Positions 1 to 9,574 of a stretch of DNA of 25,910 nt are shown piece by piece. Source of the DNA: a virus. Lineage: Duplodnaviria; Caudoviricetes. A program made the translations under genes and the position numbers. The notes under the pieces were generated by a model. The model did not search any database. It worked only from the letters and a program-made list of their open reading frames with translations, and was not told where the DNA came from. How positions within the stretch are numbered: position 1 is the first letter of the stretch; each line of letters opens with the position of its first letter. The DNA lies in IMG/VR virus record IMGVR_UViG_3300030493_000350, positions 1 to 25,910 of that record; one strand, given 5' to 3'.

Positions 1-6
1 AGACAT
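1..6 (-). CDS. Start of a gene leaving the window, probably the tape measure protein
   Basis: Minus strand reads AAGGAAGGTAAAGT-ATG-TCT. Product inferred only from its position after the tail chaperone genes. Confidence 0.4.
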
Positions 7-47
7 ACTTTACCTTCCTTTTTGGATAAAGTATGCCATATTTTCAA

Positions 48-102
48 CTGTTCACTTTTAAAACGTAAATCGCCTTAAAAGCTGTTCACTTTTAATTCGT
101 AA
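48..102. repeat. 21-bp direct repeat, 34-bp period, in a divergent intergenic region
   Basis: CTGTTCACTTTTAA-AA-CGTAA at 48-68 and CTGTTCACTTTTAA-TT-CGTAA at 82-102. Confidence 0.75.
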
Positions 103-160
103 CTGACATCTTTATTAGTAGACATTGACAACCTCCAGTTTTTGTGATAAAGGTAGAAAC

Positions 161-745
161 ATGAAGAAATTTTTGGTTATCTGGACACTTATTGCCGCAA
201 TAGTCACAACATTATTCTTTATTGGGGCTAAGAAACATTTACTTGCTTCACAAAACGAGTGGGTAAATAAATATAATGGTAGAGTAAGTGCTAATTTAAA
301 AATTAAGGCCCCTACCTCTAACGATGATTTCTGGGAATATAACGAGAAATATAATTTGCTTAATAACGTAATTAACCCAACAGTTTTATTCGGGATGTTG
401 TTTTTTGGTATCCCAGTATCAATTGCCTCGTTATTTTTAATAAAAACACATTTAGAGAGATTCTTAGTTATATGGACAATCTTAGCGGTAATCTTTACAA
501 CGTTTTGGTTTATGAGTTCACAAGATTCTCTATTGGAAACTAAAAAAAGATGGGTAGCGATGCATAACATACGTGCCGAAGAGCATAAAACTGTTAAGGA
601 TATATACTGGGAAGATGGCGAGCACAACTTCCTTGACAACGTAATCTTCCCAACAGCAAAGTTCGGAACTCTTTTTTTCGGCATTCCCGTTGCCCTCGCT
701 TGTCTCATATCTATCGCATTACGGAAAAACAACACAGCTTCGTAA
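161..745 (+). CDS. AT-rich moron membrane protein built from two ~95-aa internal repeats (about 4 TM segments)
   Basis: ORF 125..745; likely start ATG 161 after AAGGTAG. Repeats: FLVIWTLIA..NLLNNVINPTVLFGMLFFGIPV and FLVIWTILA..NFLDNVIFPTAKFGTLFFGIPV. Confidence 0.8.
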   Translation: MKKFLVIWTLIAAIVTTLFFIGAKKHLLASQNEWVNKYNGRVSANLKIKAPTSNDDFWEYNEKYNLLNNVINPTVLFGMLFFGIPVSIASLFLIKTHLERFLVIWTILAVIFTTFWFMSSQDSLLETKKRWVAMHNIRAEEHKTVKDIYWEDGEHNFLDNVIFPTAKFGTLFFGIPVALACLISIALRKNNTAS

Positions 746-759
746 ATAAGGATGTTGAT

Positions 760-954
760 ATGGATGATTTAGCATTAACAGGCGTATTTTTAGTAGCAAT
801 CCTCGTAGGAATCCCCATATACTTCATCCCCTTTTTTGTGGCCAGAAACCGGGGGCACAAAGACGTTACCGCGATAGGGATACTGAATCTCTTCCTTGGC
901 TGGACCTTCCTCGGCTGGGTGATAGCCCTGGTCTGGGCCGTTAAGAAAGACTGA
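760..954 (+). CDS. Superinfection immunity protein (T4 Imm-like family)
   Basis: YFIPFFVARNRGHKDVTAIGILNLFLGWTFLGWVIALVWA matches the Imm_superinfect signature. ATG 760 follows AAGGA. Confidence 0.88.
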   Translation: MDDLALTGVFLVAILVGIPIYFIPFFVARNRGHKDVTAIGILNLFLGWTFLGWVIALVWAVKKD

Positions 955-964
955 CGGCCTAAGA

Positions 965-1294
965 TCACGCCTTTTTCTTCATCTCCTCCATGATGGCGTT
1001 TATCTCTGACTGAATGAATAGAAAGGCTTCAATCAGCTTTTTGGGCTGGAAGCTCCACGCCCCGGGATTTGGAAAAGAGCCCGACTCTTTATAAAAATTG
1101 AACGCCCTGATGAAATCAAAGCTCTGTTGCTTTACAATTTTCAGCGGACACCTATCGAACTTCCATTCCCCTAGGCTCCAAACATCCGGGATAAAGCTCT
1201 TTTCCCGGCACCCGCGCTCCCGCTTCTGTCCCTCGCTGCACTTGCGGCAATCCAGCTTGAATTCCGGAAGCTGAATTGCCAGTCTCAGTTTTTT
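965..1294 (-). CDS. Tail assembly chaperone frameshift extension (gpGT-like), absent from the ORF track
   Basis: The -1 frame is open for 109 codons from slippery A-AAA-AAC (1294-1288): KKLRLAIQLPEFKLDCRKC...CP...GSFPNPGAWSFQPKKLIEAF...KKKA*. It has no early start codon of its own. Confidence 0.82.
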   Translation of the reverse strand, partial: KKLRLAIQLPEFKLDCRKCSEGQKRERGCREKSFIPDVWSLGEWKFDRCPLKIVKQQSFDFIRAFNFYKESGSFPNPGAWSFQPKKLIEAFLFIQSEINAIMEEMKKKA

Positions 1295-1719
1295 GCTTCT
1301 TCCTCGCTCAAAGTATTCAGCCTGCGGGCCTCCAGGGACAATTCCATGAGGATGGCTGTACCTCCGGGAAGCGCCGCGATCACGTCATCCGGGAGCGCCG
1401 TGTATTCCCTGCTGCCGATCTTCACGGCTGTTGCCTCTATCGTCACGGCTTCCTTCTTTTTCGGATCCCAGAAGTTCTCTATCTTCCTGACGCAGAACTT
1501 CACGGTAAGCAGGTTGCGCAGGGAAAGGTTCAGCTTTACCTCAAGCTCCTCTTCCCCCGCTCCCTGCTCCTTTTTGACGGCCGTGGTGGCCGTGTCGTTG
1601 ATATAGGCCTCTAGGAACGGATCAAGCACCCCTACGTGGAACTTGGTGGGGTTTTCTGCGTCTGTGTCCAGCTTGCTGACGTAAACGCTTATTTCGTGTA
1701 CATATATCCCTTTAAGCAT
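1285..1719 (-). CDS. Tail assembly chaperone (gpG-like)
   Basis: Directly follows the tail tube gene and ends EEEAKN* on a slippery heptamer; SD AGAGGAG. Confidence 0.8.
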   Translation of the reverse strand: MLKGIYVHEISVYVSKLDTDAENPTKFHVGVLDPFLEAYINDTATTAVKKEQGAGEEELEVKLNLSLRNLLTVKFCVRKIENFWDPKKKEAVTIEATAVKIGSREYTALPDDVIAALPGGTAILMELSLEARRLNTLSEEEAKN

Positions 1720-1742
1720 AATGGTCTCCTCTCTAATCCCCG

Positions 1743-2906
1743 TTAAAGCGCCAAAATGGCGAATTCCGTATCCCCCAGGGCAATGGGAGCGTTAAGGTCG
1801 AACTGACACGCCGCGGTCTTGATGCCGTTGCGGTCTCCGTCTTCTACCTTCGTATACTGCACGTGCGGGGCGTAGAAACGGAACTTGTTGCCCGTGCTGG
1901 AACCCACGATGAAGTCCAATACCGCTTCCGTGCCGGCGACCCACTTGGCGTGATAGTCGTAAGTGGCCGCAAGCACCATTTCCGGATCAAATGATCCGGA
2001 AATCGCCCGGTCCGTAATCAGCGCTGAAAGTATCCCGCGATCAGAACTGACGTCATCCCGATAATTGAGCGATGCCCCGGTATCGAGATCTATCTGGCTC
2101 AAAAGAGCGGCTATGGAGTCTATGGCAAGAGACGCGCTGACAAACGCCGGCGGTTTGGTCGATTCGTGCGCTATACCGCTAAGCATAGCAACGTCGGTAA
2201 TACCAGCCTCCACACCTTTGAAGTCGAAGTCCATAAAGGCGGGCTCCCCGGATTTGAAGGAAAACTTGACGTTCCCGCGGCATCCCCGCAGGACCTTCTT
2301 TATCCCGTCTTCATAGCAGCCCATAGTAAGAGAGACGATATTGCCGTTGTTGAATGTGATCGGTTCCCAGACCTTACCAACAGCTGTCGGGACTGATCCG
2401 GTTGTGGCTGTTGCTCCGGAAGTTCCCCCTGTGATGGTCTCTCCGCTCTGGAAAGTGTCGGAAAGGGCAACAAAATAAAGCGTGGTCACGCCATTGGCGG
2501 TATTTATAATTACCCTCCCGGTTGCGTTAGACGTTCCTCCGCTGATTACTTCCCCGTGCTGGAAAGGCCCTGAAGTTATCGCTCCAACCGTTATGGAATA
2601 AAGCGAACTGCAGGCATAACCGCAGGTCTTCAGGATCTTTGACCACTCCGGCTCGGTTGTGGCTGTTCCGGACCCGCGCAATTCGAGTTTAAAGGTCAAT
2701 CCGGCCGGACGTTTACCGACTATCCTGCCTACCGGAGAAGAAGACGCCCGGGCAGGATTACGCTGAAACATTTCGAAGTCGTAAGATACCTTGGGATCGT
2801 AAGCCAGGATTTTGGCGTCTGCGGCGGCAAGTGTTTCCGCCGTCCCTTCGATACTTTCAACTTTTGCCGCTATCAGCCGGCGGCGGGTAAGCAAACTGTT
2901 CGACAT
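1743..2906 (-). CDS. Major tail tube protein with an inserted repeat domain
   Basis: N-terminal LIAAKVESIEG, G/T/S-rich composition, and position after the tail terminator. Confidence 0.8.
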   Translation of the reverse strand: MSNSLLTRRRLIAAKVESIEGTAETLAAADAKILAYDPKVSYDFEMFQRNPARASSSPVGRIVGKRPAGLTFKLELRGSGTATTEPEWSKILKTCGYACSSLYSITVGAITSGPFQHGEVISGGTSNATGRVIINTANGVTTLYFVALSDTFQSGETITGGTSGATATTGSVPTAVGKVWEPITFNNGNIVSLTMGCYEDGIKKVLRGCRGNVKFSFKSGEPAFMDFDFKGVEAGITDVAMLSGIAHESTKPPAFVSASLAIDSIAALLSQIDLDTGASLNYRDDVSSDRGILSALITDRAISGSFDPEMVLAATYDYHAKWVAGTEAVLDFIVGSSTGNKFRFYAPHVQYTKVEDGDRNGIKTAACQFDLNAPIALGDTEFAILAL

Positions 2907-2918
2907 ATATCCTCCTCG

Positions 2919-3386
2919 TTAAACGTAAGCCGCCGGATCAAGCCGGCTGTGTTTATAAATGACATCCACTTCGATCTGGGCCCCGTAACTGGCGCCCCCG
3001 TCTATGACTGTAAAAGGGACAATGCGTCTTAAATGGGTCTCCTGGGCGTATCCTCCCCGGGTGTAATCAAGCATAAGCGCTTTCTCGATATCCAGGAGTA
3101 CGCTGTTAAGCCGGGTATCGGAATTTACTGTCTCGTCCTCGTCATCGCGCATATAGGCATCGAGGCTTATGGTAAGAGTGCAGGTCTTCTGCGGATCCGG
3201 ATGGTCTTCCTTATCTTCAGGCGCGGCCGTGATCACAACACAAGGGGTAGATGCGACCTGGTTGCCCGCGGCCTTGAACCGCTGGACGCTGGCAAGGGTA
3301 TTGTTATATACGCTGCCCGCGGTGATCCCCGCCAGGACCGTGGCGATGTTGGCGAGTATGCTTTCCCGGATCGATACAGTGCTCAT
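2919..3386 (-). CDS. Tail terminator / tail completion protein
   Basis: SIRESILANIATVLAGIT N-terminus and gene order. Confidence 0.72.
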   Translation of the reverse strand: MSTVSIRESILANIATVLAGITAGSVYNNTLASVQRFKAAGNQVASTPCVVITAAPEDKEDHPDPQKTCTLTISLDAYMRDDEDETVNSDTRLNSVLLDIEKALMLDYTRGGYAQETHLRRIVPFTVIDGGASYGAQIEVDVIYKHSRLDPAAYV

Positions 3387-4066
3387 ATAAGCCCAGTTTT
3401 AGATAGCGCTTTCCCCACAGAATCGTTGAAGACGTTTATCCTGTAGCCTTCCAGCCTATCCCAGGTGTCCTGAAGTCTAAGGCGCGGCTGGATGGTCATC
3501 TGGTTTTTGAGGATAAATAAGGCATCGATTTCCCCGTTATCCTGTTTCCGGAAGAGGAAGGTATTGCTTCCCCGTTTTGCCATAAACAGTTTCAGGGCTC
3601 TGGCTTTGGCAGACTGTGGGTCAAAAACCCTGCGCATCCCCTGGAACTCTGAGACCGACTTCGAAAGCCTGCCGGAAGACCTGGCGGAATCCAAAGGTAT
3701 CGCCATCATCCCGGATTTAGCGCGCACGGTTCCGCCTTTCTCGTGTAAAGCGGTGATCTTTGAGCGGGTGAATATGCCAAGGACCATATCCAGCGGTCCG
3801 CTGCCGGCGCGCGGGTTGCGGTAAACCTTGATGTGGCGGCCGATACCGACGTTTTTGGTGGCGATAAACCGCTTATCCTTCAGTCCGGTATTGGCATATA
3901 GCGCTTTGAAGAACCCCTTGCGGATATGATCAAGGGCGTCCATTACCTCTTCTTTTAGCGCCGGTAGGGCGTGTTCCAGCGCAACATCAAGCCGGCGGGA
4001 ATCGATGCGCACGCCATCAACGTCGAGATACCGGCTAAGGTTTATTTCCTGCTTGGGTGTTGCCAT
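3383..4066 (-). CDS. Basic neck / tail completion protein
   Basis: HEKGGTVRAK..MAIPL motif, basic composition and gene order. Confidence 0.65.
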   Translation of the reverse strand: MATPKQEINLSRYLDVDGVRIDSRRLDVALEHALPALKEEVMDALDHIRKGFFKALYANTGLKDKRFIATKNVGIGRHIKVYRNPRAGSGPLDMVLGIFTRSKITALHEKGGTVRAKSGMMAIPLDSARSSGRLSKSVSEFQGMRRVFDPQSAKARALKLFMAKRGSNTFLFRKQDNGEIDALFILKNQMTIQPRLRLQDTWDRLEGYRINVFNDSVGKALSKTGLI

Positions 4067-4071
4067 AAGCT

Positions 4072-4419
4072 TTACCTTTCAAGCAGTAAATGCCAAGATA
4101 CGGGGCACTGGTTGAGAATATGCACAACCCTGAAAGTGACGATATCCCCGCCTATGCGCTCCGGAAGCGATACTGTGTCGCCGCCTTTGTTTATTTCCTC
4201 CACACCATATTCGGAGTCATTAGCGATGATAATCTCTACCTGCTCGACAAGGATGCGCCCCGAAACCTCACCGGCGTTAAGCAGGCCTTTACGCTCCACG
4301 ATCGCCTTGATCGGTTTAGCGGTGCTTCCTTTTGGCGTATACGTGATGTCCTCGGCACATTCGTCCGTGTTGAGCACGTTATTTATAAAATCTGCTTTTG
4401 CCTGGTCCTGGAAGCTCAT
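4072..4419 (-). CDS. Head-tail joining protein (gpFII-like)
   Basis: MSFQDQAKADF..F.N.DE.AE.ITY pattern; follows the capsid gene. Confidence 0.68.
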   Translation of the reverse strand: MSFQDQAKADFINNVLNTDECAEDITYTPKGSTAKPIKAIVERKGLLNAGEVSGRILVEQVEIIIANDSEYGVEEINKGGDTVSLPERIGGDIVTFRVVHILNQCPVSWHLLLER

Positions 4420-4424
4420 GGATA

Positions 4425-4464
4425 AAACCCCGCCCCCGGAGGATTTCTCCCCCGGGGCAGCGGG
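4425..4464 (-). terminator. Intrinsic terminator-like hairpin after the major capsid gene
   Basis: CCCGCTGCCCCGGGGGA-GAAA-TCCTCCGGGGGCGGG followed by GTTTT; GNRA loop. Confidence 0.7.
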
Positions 4465-4484
4465 CCTCTTTATCGGTTGCTGCT

Positions 4485-5441
4485 TTACGCGACTTTCATC
4501 AGGTGTCCGAAGTAAGCGTCCACGAGCACCTCGTCCGTGTGCTGCCTGACACGGAAGATATCGCTCCTTGCTCCGTCATCCCTGTATGATTCCACCGTGG
4601 CGTTCTCCGGGCTGTCTTCGGTCCAGAGAAAAGTCCTTCCGACTGCCGGCAAGGAAAGATCCTGGCCGTTGTCCGGGACTATTCCCAGAAGGGCATACGT
4701 TGCACTCCATATCTCGGCTCCGGAAAACGACTGTCCTTCCTTTGCGCTATTGTATACAGCTTTGCCGACCAGTATCTTCTGTAAACCGAGCACTCCGGCA
4801 AGCGCGTTCAGCAGATTCTGCTCGGTAAGAGCGGAAACGTACTGGATCGCGGCCTTGATGGCGGTATTGCCCAGCAGGTAATCGATGTTAGTCTTGCTGC
4901 AGATAAGTGCATTGGCCTCCATACCGCAATTCTGCCTGATCTTGCCCCTGACCGCCCTTATCGAGCCAATAACATCACTGGCAGCCGTGGCCCAGGGAGC
5001 GGAAGAACTGTAGTTGGTGTAAAGAGCCGCCCCGGTAAAGGTGGCTGTGTCGAATGCCAGCGTGGCGATGCGCGCTTCCTGCTCGATCAGAACCTTGCGG
5101 GTGGTAGCCTGGGTTATCTGCAGCTCGGCGTCGAAGTCGCTGGCGTAAAGCTTGCGCTGGTCGTCTCCCAAGGGCCCTTCAAGACCATGCTCTTCGCACT
5201 TAAAGGTCTTATCCTTTGCCCCGATGGTTATCCTGTTATAGGTTCCGCGAGTGCTTCTCTTGGCATCATCGCGCCTGGTCACGGTTTCCCTGGTGATCGC
5301 GGGATATGCCGCGGCGGGTACCTTGGTGTTAAAGATAGGGAAAGCTTTGGTCCCGATAAAAGCATCCTGTGAATCAATAAACTCCTGCGCGGCCACTCCC
5401 AATTCCAGCCGCGGCGTTGCTCTTGTTCCGCTGTAATCCAT
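4485..5441 (-). CDS. Major capsid protein (lambda gpE-like)
   Basis: 318 aa, strong SD AAGGAGG, follows the protease and decoration genes; C-terminal DIFRVRQHTDEVLVDAYFGHL. Confidence 0.85.
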   Translation of the reverse strand: MDYSGTRATPRLELGVAAQEFIDSQDAFIGTKAFPIFNTKVPAAAYPAITRETVTRRDDAKRSTRGTYNRITIGAKDKTFKCEEHGLEGPLGDDQRKLYASDFDAELQITQATTRKVLIEQEARIATLAFDTATFTGAALYTNYSSSAPWATAASDVIGSIRAVRGKIRQNCGMEANALICSKTNIDYLLGNTAIKAAIQYVSALTEQNLLNALAGVLGLQKILVGKAVYNSAKEGQSFSGAEIWSATYALLGIVPDNGQDLSLPAVGRTFLWTEDSPENATVESYRDDGARSDIFRVRQHTDEVLVDAYFGHLMKVA

Positions 5442-5481
5442 GTTTTCCTCCTTGTTGTGCTGCGTTTGTTTTTAAGAACTC

Positions 5482-5560
5482 AAAAAGAAAGCGGCAGTCG
5501 AGTGGTTGGGCACCCAACTGCCGCTTTTCGAGATCTTCGCGGGGATCAGCCGCAAAGATT
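5482..5560 (-). promoter_or_regulatory. Two-hairpin leader element, copy 1 (CUGAUC-loop stem plus terminator-like stem)
   Basis: P1 5533-5559, P2 5488-5527, then a U-rich tail; near-identical to 9575-9650. Confidence 0.8.
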
Positions 5561-5568
5561 TAAAACTT

Positions 5569-6300
5569 TTACGATATGGGAACTGCCATAATGAACAGTT
5601 CTATGTCGGCCGACGCAGCCGAAGATTCAACGGTAATTGCCGCTCCTGATGCGACTTCCGCCTGCGCCTCTACGACGCTTGCCGCATGAACTATCGCGTC
5701 GACAGTCGCGCCTTTTGCCAGAGCTGCCGTAGAGATCGACGTCCCGGCATTCTTCACCGTGATATTGGCAGCCGTGTTGTCGATCGCACGCAGCCACCAG
5801 TCTATGATACGCAGCTTGCGGCTGGCCGTGGCAACCGCAATCGCATCCGGGGTAGCGTTAAAATTACACACTTTCCGGATGATTATCGGGAACGCTCCTT
5901 CGTTCGCGGCTTCTACTTTTACGGAATCCGGACCGATGCTGCCGGCGGCTCCGTTATTGAAGTAGACCTCCACAATATCCCCGGCTGCGGTCGCAGCCTC
6001 AAGGGCAATGCCCTGGGCGGTCCCGGATACGGTGTCCTGGACCTTGCCGTCGGCCGCGCCGTAAAGCACGGAATCGATGGCGAACGCCTCGGCAGCCACT
6101 GCCTTAAACGTCCTCCCGGACGAGCGCATGGCGACGGTTATCTGCTCGCCGTCCAACTTGGCTTCCTGCGTGATGCCGATAAACTCCTCGCCGGCGTCTG
6201 CATATACGACCTCGCCGCCGGACAGCTTGACCCTGCGGTATGCCGCAAGATCTTCTCCCGCTGTAAAGGCTTTCAGTCCCCCTTCATTCTGCTGTGACAT
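5569..6300 (-). CDS. Capsid decoration/cement protein (DUF2190-like) with a C-terminal extra domain
   Basis: FTAGEDLAAYRRVKL...GIALEAATAAGDIVEV followed by about 125 extra aa. Confidence 0.75.
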   Translation of the reverse strand: MSQQNEGGLKAFTAGEDLAAYRRVKLSGGEVVYADAGEEFIGITQEAKLDGEQITVAMRSSGRTFKAVAAEAFAIDSVLYGAADGKVQDTVSGTAQGIALEAATAAGDIVEVYFNNGAAGSIGPDSVKVEAANEGAFPIIIRKVCNFNATPDAIAVATASRKLRIIDWWLRAIDNTAANITVKNAGTSISTAALAKGATVDAIVHAASVVEAQAEVASGAAITVESSAASADIELFIMAVPIS

Positions 6301-6358
6301 CTGTTTATCCTCCTGTTATGGTTTTAATAAGATTTCAACCCGCGCGTCTATGCCGGGC

Positions 6359-7735
6359 TTATTTTTTTACCTGCTTTTTCTGCGCCTCGAAGTCCTTGGC
6401 AGTGGCACGCAAGGCGTCGGTCATGTTGCAGTTATGCTTCGCCTGGTACTCTTTGGCCATATCGAGGTGCGTCTTGGCCGCTTTGCCTGTTTCAGGGCCT
6501 TTACCTTCTGATCCTTCTCCGTGGGGCACTTCGGCGGCGCCGGAACCCTGCAGGGCCTTAAGGAACGATTTCTGCGCGTCTTCCACGCTCGTGCCGTTCT
6601 TTATTGCCTCCAGGGCCAGAGGCTCCATTCCCTTGGGAGTATTGGAAATGATCCCTTCCACGCGCTTGGTCTCCGCGGCCTTGGCTTCGGCGGATCCGGC
6701 GGCCTTGCCCTCGGCTATAAGCGCGTCCGCCGCCGTCTTGTTCTCGGCTTTTACCTGGTCGATTGTTGCGTCTTTTAACTCCGACATCTTTCCCTCCTGT
6801 TTTGGTTTTAAGGCGCTTCCTGCCGCCTGTTTTTCTATTTCTAAGCCTTCCGCGCCCTGCGCATCGGCTGCTGCCTTGGTTTTAGTTCCGGCCGCAGCCG
6901 GAGAATTTTGGTTCTGTCCGGAAAACAGCGAATCGAACGTGCAGATGCCGTCCACGAGGCCAGCGTCCATGGCTTCCTGACCGATAAACACGTCACCTGT
7001 CGCGATTTCGAGAACCTTTTCTGCCGGCATGTTCCTGTTGCGCGAAACCGCCTCCACAAAGAGGTCGTATATATGGTCGATACGCTTTTGTATGATCTGG
7101 CGGTCCTCTTGGGTAAACGGCTTGTCCGGATGTCCGGCGGCCTTGTTTTTACCGGCCTTGATCACCTCGGTCTTGATGCCTGCCTGGTGATTGGCCACCG
7201 TGTAGTCGTAAACGGCAGAGTAAACTCCGATCGATCCGACATCAGATCCGCGGCTGGCGTAGACCTTATCGGCCGCCGACCCGATCCAGTAGGCAGCGGA
7301 GCACATATCGCCGTTTGCGTAGGCGGTGATCTTTTTCTTCCCCCTGCAGGCGTAGATCATATCTGACAGCTCGAGCACACCGTCTGAGCCGCCTCCAGGG
7401 CTGTCTATGTCCAGAACAATATCGCGCACCTGCGGGTCCTCCAGCGCCGCTTTCAGGTCACGCTCGATCTCAAGCGTGGACGTCCCCGGGGAAGAAATGC
7501 GCTGTATCAGGCTTGCCCGCTTTGAAATAATTCCGTAAACCGGGATCCTGGCTGTCCCGTTTATGACCTCGTAATCAGGCGGCGTCTTTTTTCCAGCCGT
7601 TACCTGTGCGACTTCCCCTTCCGGAAGTTTCTCGCCGCGCAAGTGCCTGTCAATGACCTCGCGCATGACGTTGACGACTTCTTCCTTCATCACCCAGGGC
7701 TTCAGGTATGCGGCCTCGTTAATCTTCCTGGTCAT
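6359..7735 (-). CDS. Prohead protease (S49/SppA family) with a C-terminal scaffold region (lambda gpC/Nu3-like)
   Basis: LDIDSPGG, CSAAYWIGS, VGSIGV and KAGKNKAAG motifs; A/K/E-rich tail. Confidence 0.92.
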   Translation of the reverse strand: MTRKINEAAYLKPWVMKEEVVNVMREVIDRHLRGEKLPEGEVAQVTAGKKTPPDYEVINGTARIPVYGIISKRASLIQRISSPGTSTLEIERDLKAALEDPQVRDIVLDIDSPGGGSDGVLELSDMIYACRGKKKITAYANGDMCSAAYWIGSAADKVYASRGSDVGSIGVYSAVYDYTVANHQAGIKTEVIKAGKNKAAGHPDKPFTQEDRQIIQKRIDHIYDLFVEAVSRNRNMPAEKVLEIATGDVFIGQEAMDAGLVDGICTFDSLFSGQNQNSPAAAGTKTKAAADAQGAEGLEIEKQAAGSALKPKQEGKMSELKDATIDQVKAENKTAADALIAEGKAAGSAEAKAAETKRVEGIISNTPKGMEPLALEAIKNGTSVEDAQKSFLKALQGSGAAEVPHGEGSEGKGPETGKAAKTHLDMAKEYQAKHNCNMTDALRATAKDFEAQKKQVKK

Positions 7736-9347
7736 CTGGTATTCCTTCCTGCCCGGGTATTCTTTCCGGCTTTTCCTGTACCGGCTGGGCCGCCGGTGCC
7801 TGGTCCTGCTTGGAAGAGTTTTCGTCCGGAAGCCCGAGCCGCTTGCGTTTATCTTCCTCCCTGGCCCTCTGCTCGATCACTTCCTCCCAATCCTTGCCGT
7901 GCGCCGCGCATTCATCGGCCAGCGTGGAAATATTGCCTTTGATTGCATCTTTGGCAGCACTTATCTCTTTTGTCGGGTCTATATATCCCCATCCTGGGGC
8001 TATCCATCTGGCCCTGGTGTAATCCATACGCCGCGGGAAGTAATCCTTAACGCTTACTTCTCCGCGCAGTACCACCTCATCGATAAGGTTCTCGTATATC
8101 AGCTGGCAGAGCTTTTCCGCGATGAATTTCTGTTCCTTACGAAACATCTTTCTTGCTTCAAGCAGGGATGCCCGGGCGCTGGAATAATTTGTCTTGGAAA
8201 AGTCCTTAAAGATCAACTCGTAAGGCATTCCAAGCCCTGCACCTATAAAGCGCAGCGTTTTCTCTACGAAGGCGTCAAACTGCGCCCCCGGCCGCTGCGG
8301 GGAAAATGAGTCGATCGATTCCCCGGGTTCAAGGTTTTCCACCATCCCAGGTTCTAATTCTGTAAGACGCTTACCGTCAGATTGAACTTCATCGGTACCC
8401 GAGATTGCAAATTCCTCTGAATTTTCGCGTTTGATAAATACAGCGAAGCAGGCCGCTACCTTGGCAGCCACCAATTCGGCGTCCATATAGTCACAAAGAT
8501 GTTTAAATCTGCTTATCACAGGGGCGAAAAACGGTTCCCCGCGCGACTGCCCCGGCCGCTTGGTATGATAAAGATGCAGAACGTTAAGACGTCCGTACTG
8601 GTTGCGCGCCGGGATGCGGATGAACTCATCCGACCCACGGGTGCTCCTTCGGTAAGTAGTATCCCCTGGGTGATATTTGCATATCCAGTAAGCCACCGGC
8701 TCACCGGCCTCGTCAATTTCTACGCCTTTACGGATCGATTTGTCGCCTGTTTTATCTGAGGGGGTAGCAAGACGGTCTGCTTCAATTACGTTGAGACAGA
8801 GCGAATAAGGCCTGTAGGGCCTGTCAAGCATCTGTACGAGGACAATCACGTCCCCGTTCATCAGGATCTGGCGCATCACCAGGTCTTGTATCTCGCAGAA
8901 GTTCATCCTCCCGAGCCGGTCGGCAAACGGTTCCCATTTTTCCCAGGCGCGTTCCACTATGCGCTGAAAATCCTCGGCTTCCTCATAAGACATTCCGAGG
9001 CTTTTCTTGTCTATCCGCGCCTGCGGCAATATGCCTGTGCCGACCACGTTGTCGGCCATGGTGTTCAAGGCCCCTGCCGCAACCCCATCGTTACGGACAA
9101 GATACCGGCTGCGCTCGCGCAGATCCGACAACTCGTCAAGCAGCACTTCGTCGGCCGACGCCCCTGACGGGGTCCAGCTTCCCAGGAGCCTGTCCCTGGC
9201 GGCGCCTTCGTATCCTCCGCGGACGGCGAGTATGTCATTTGCCATGCGGTACTGCCGGCGCCTGAATGCTACGCGTGGAAAAAATACTCCTATCGCGTTA
9301 TCAAGCCTTTGTGAGAAAGGGATCTTCTTTCTGCGCTTTTCCATCAC
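7719..9347 (-). CDS. Portal protein, lambda family
   Basis: LRERSRYLVRND, RPGQSRGEP, NYSSARASLLE and GYIDPTKE motifs. Confidence 0.95.
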   Translation of the reverse strand: MMEKRRKKIPFSQRLDNAIGVFFPRVAFRRRQYRMANDILAVRGGYEGAARDRLLGSWTPSGASADEVLLDELSDLRERSRYLVRNDGVAAGALNTMADNVVGTGILPQARIDKKSLGMSYEEAEDFQRIVERAWEKWEPFADRLGRMNFCEIQDLVMRQILMNGDVIVLVQMLDRPYRPYSLCLNVIEADRLATPSDKTGDKSIRKGVEIDEAGEPVAYWICKYHPGDTTYRRSTRGSDEFIRIPARNQYGRLNVLHLYHTKRPGQSRGEPFFAPVISRFKHLCDYMDAELVAAKVAACFAVFIKRENSEEFAISGTDEVQSDGKRLTELEPGMVENLEPGESIDSFSPQRPGAQFDAFVEKTLRFIGAGLGMPYELIFKDFSKTNYSSARASLLEARKMFRKEQKFIAEKLCQLIYENLIDEVVLRGEVSVKDYFPRRMDYTRARWIAPGWGYIDPTKEISAAKDAIKGNISTLADECAAHGKDWEEVIEQRAREEDKRKRLGLPDENSSKQDQAPAAQPVQEKPERIPGQEGIPDDQED

Positions 9348-9559
9348 TTTGGAAATTTGACGTAATTACGGTTACCGCCGTTCTCGGCGGAGACCTTCTT
9401 CTCAAGCGACCGTTTCATATCCCGCAGCTCGGCAAGGCTGTATTTTTGCAGGTTCACGTTCGACCCCCTGACGTTATAAGACTGAACAGCCCCGCCGGTA
9501 AGGATTGCGTATATCGCTGCATCAACCGCGTCGAGCATCTGCTGTGTGGTAACCGACAT
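9344..9559 (-). CDS. Head completion protein (gpW-like)
   Basis: ATG 9559 after GGAGGAG; AILTGGAVQSYNV...LAELRDM; directly before the portal gene. Confidence 0.8.
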   Translation of the reverse strand: MSVTTQQMLDAVDAAIYAILTGGAVQSYNVRGSNVNLQKYSLAELRDMKRSLEKKVSAENGGNRNYVKFPK

Positions 9560-9574
9560 CGCTCCTCCGACGAT

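Noticed and set aside
5533-5559. CUGAUC loop as a hammerhead ribozyme core
   Set aside because: It lacks the CUGANGA consensus and sits in a hairpin loop rather than a three-way junction.
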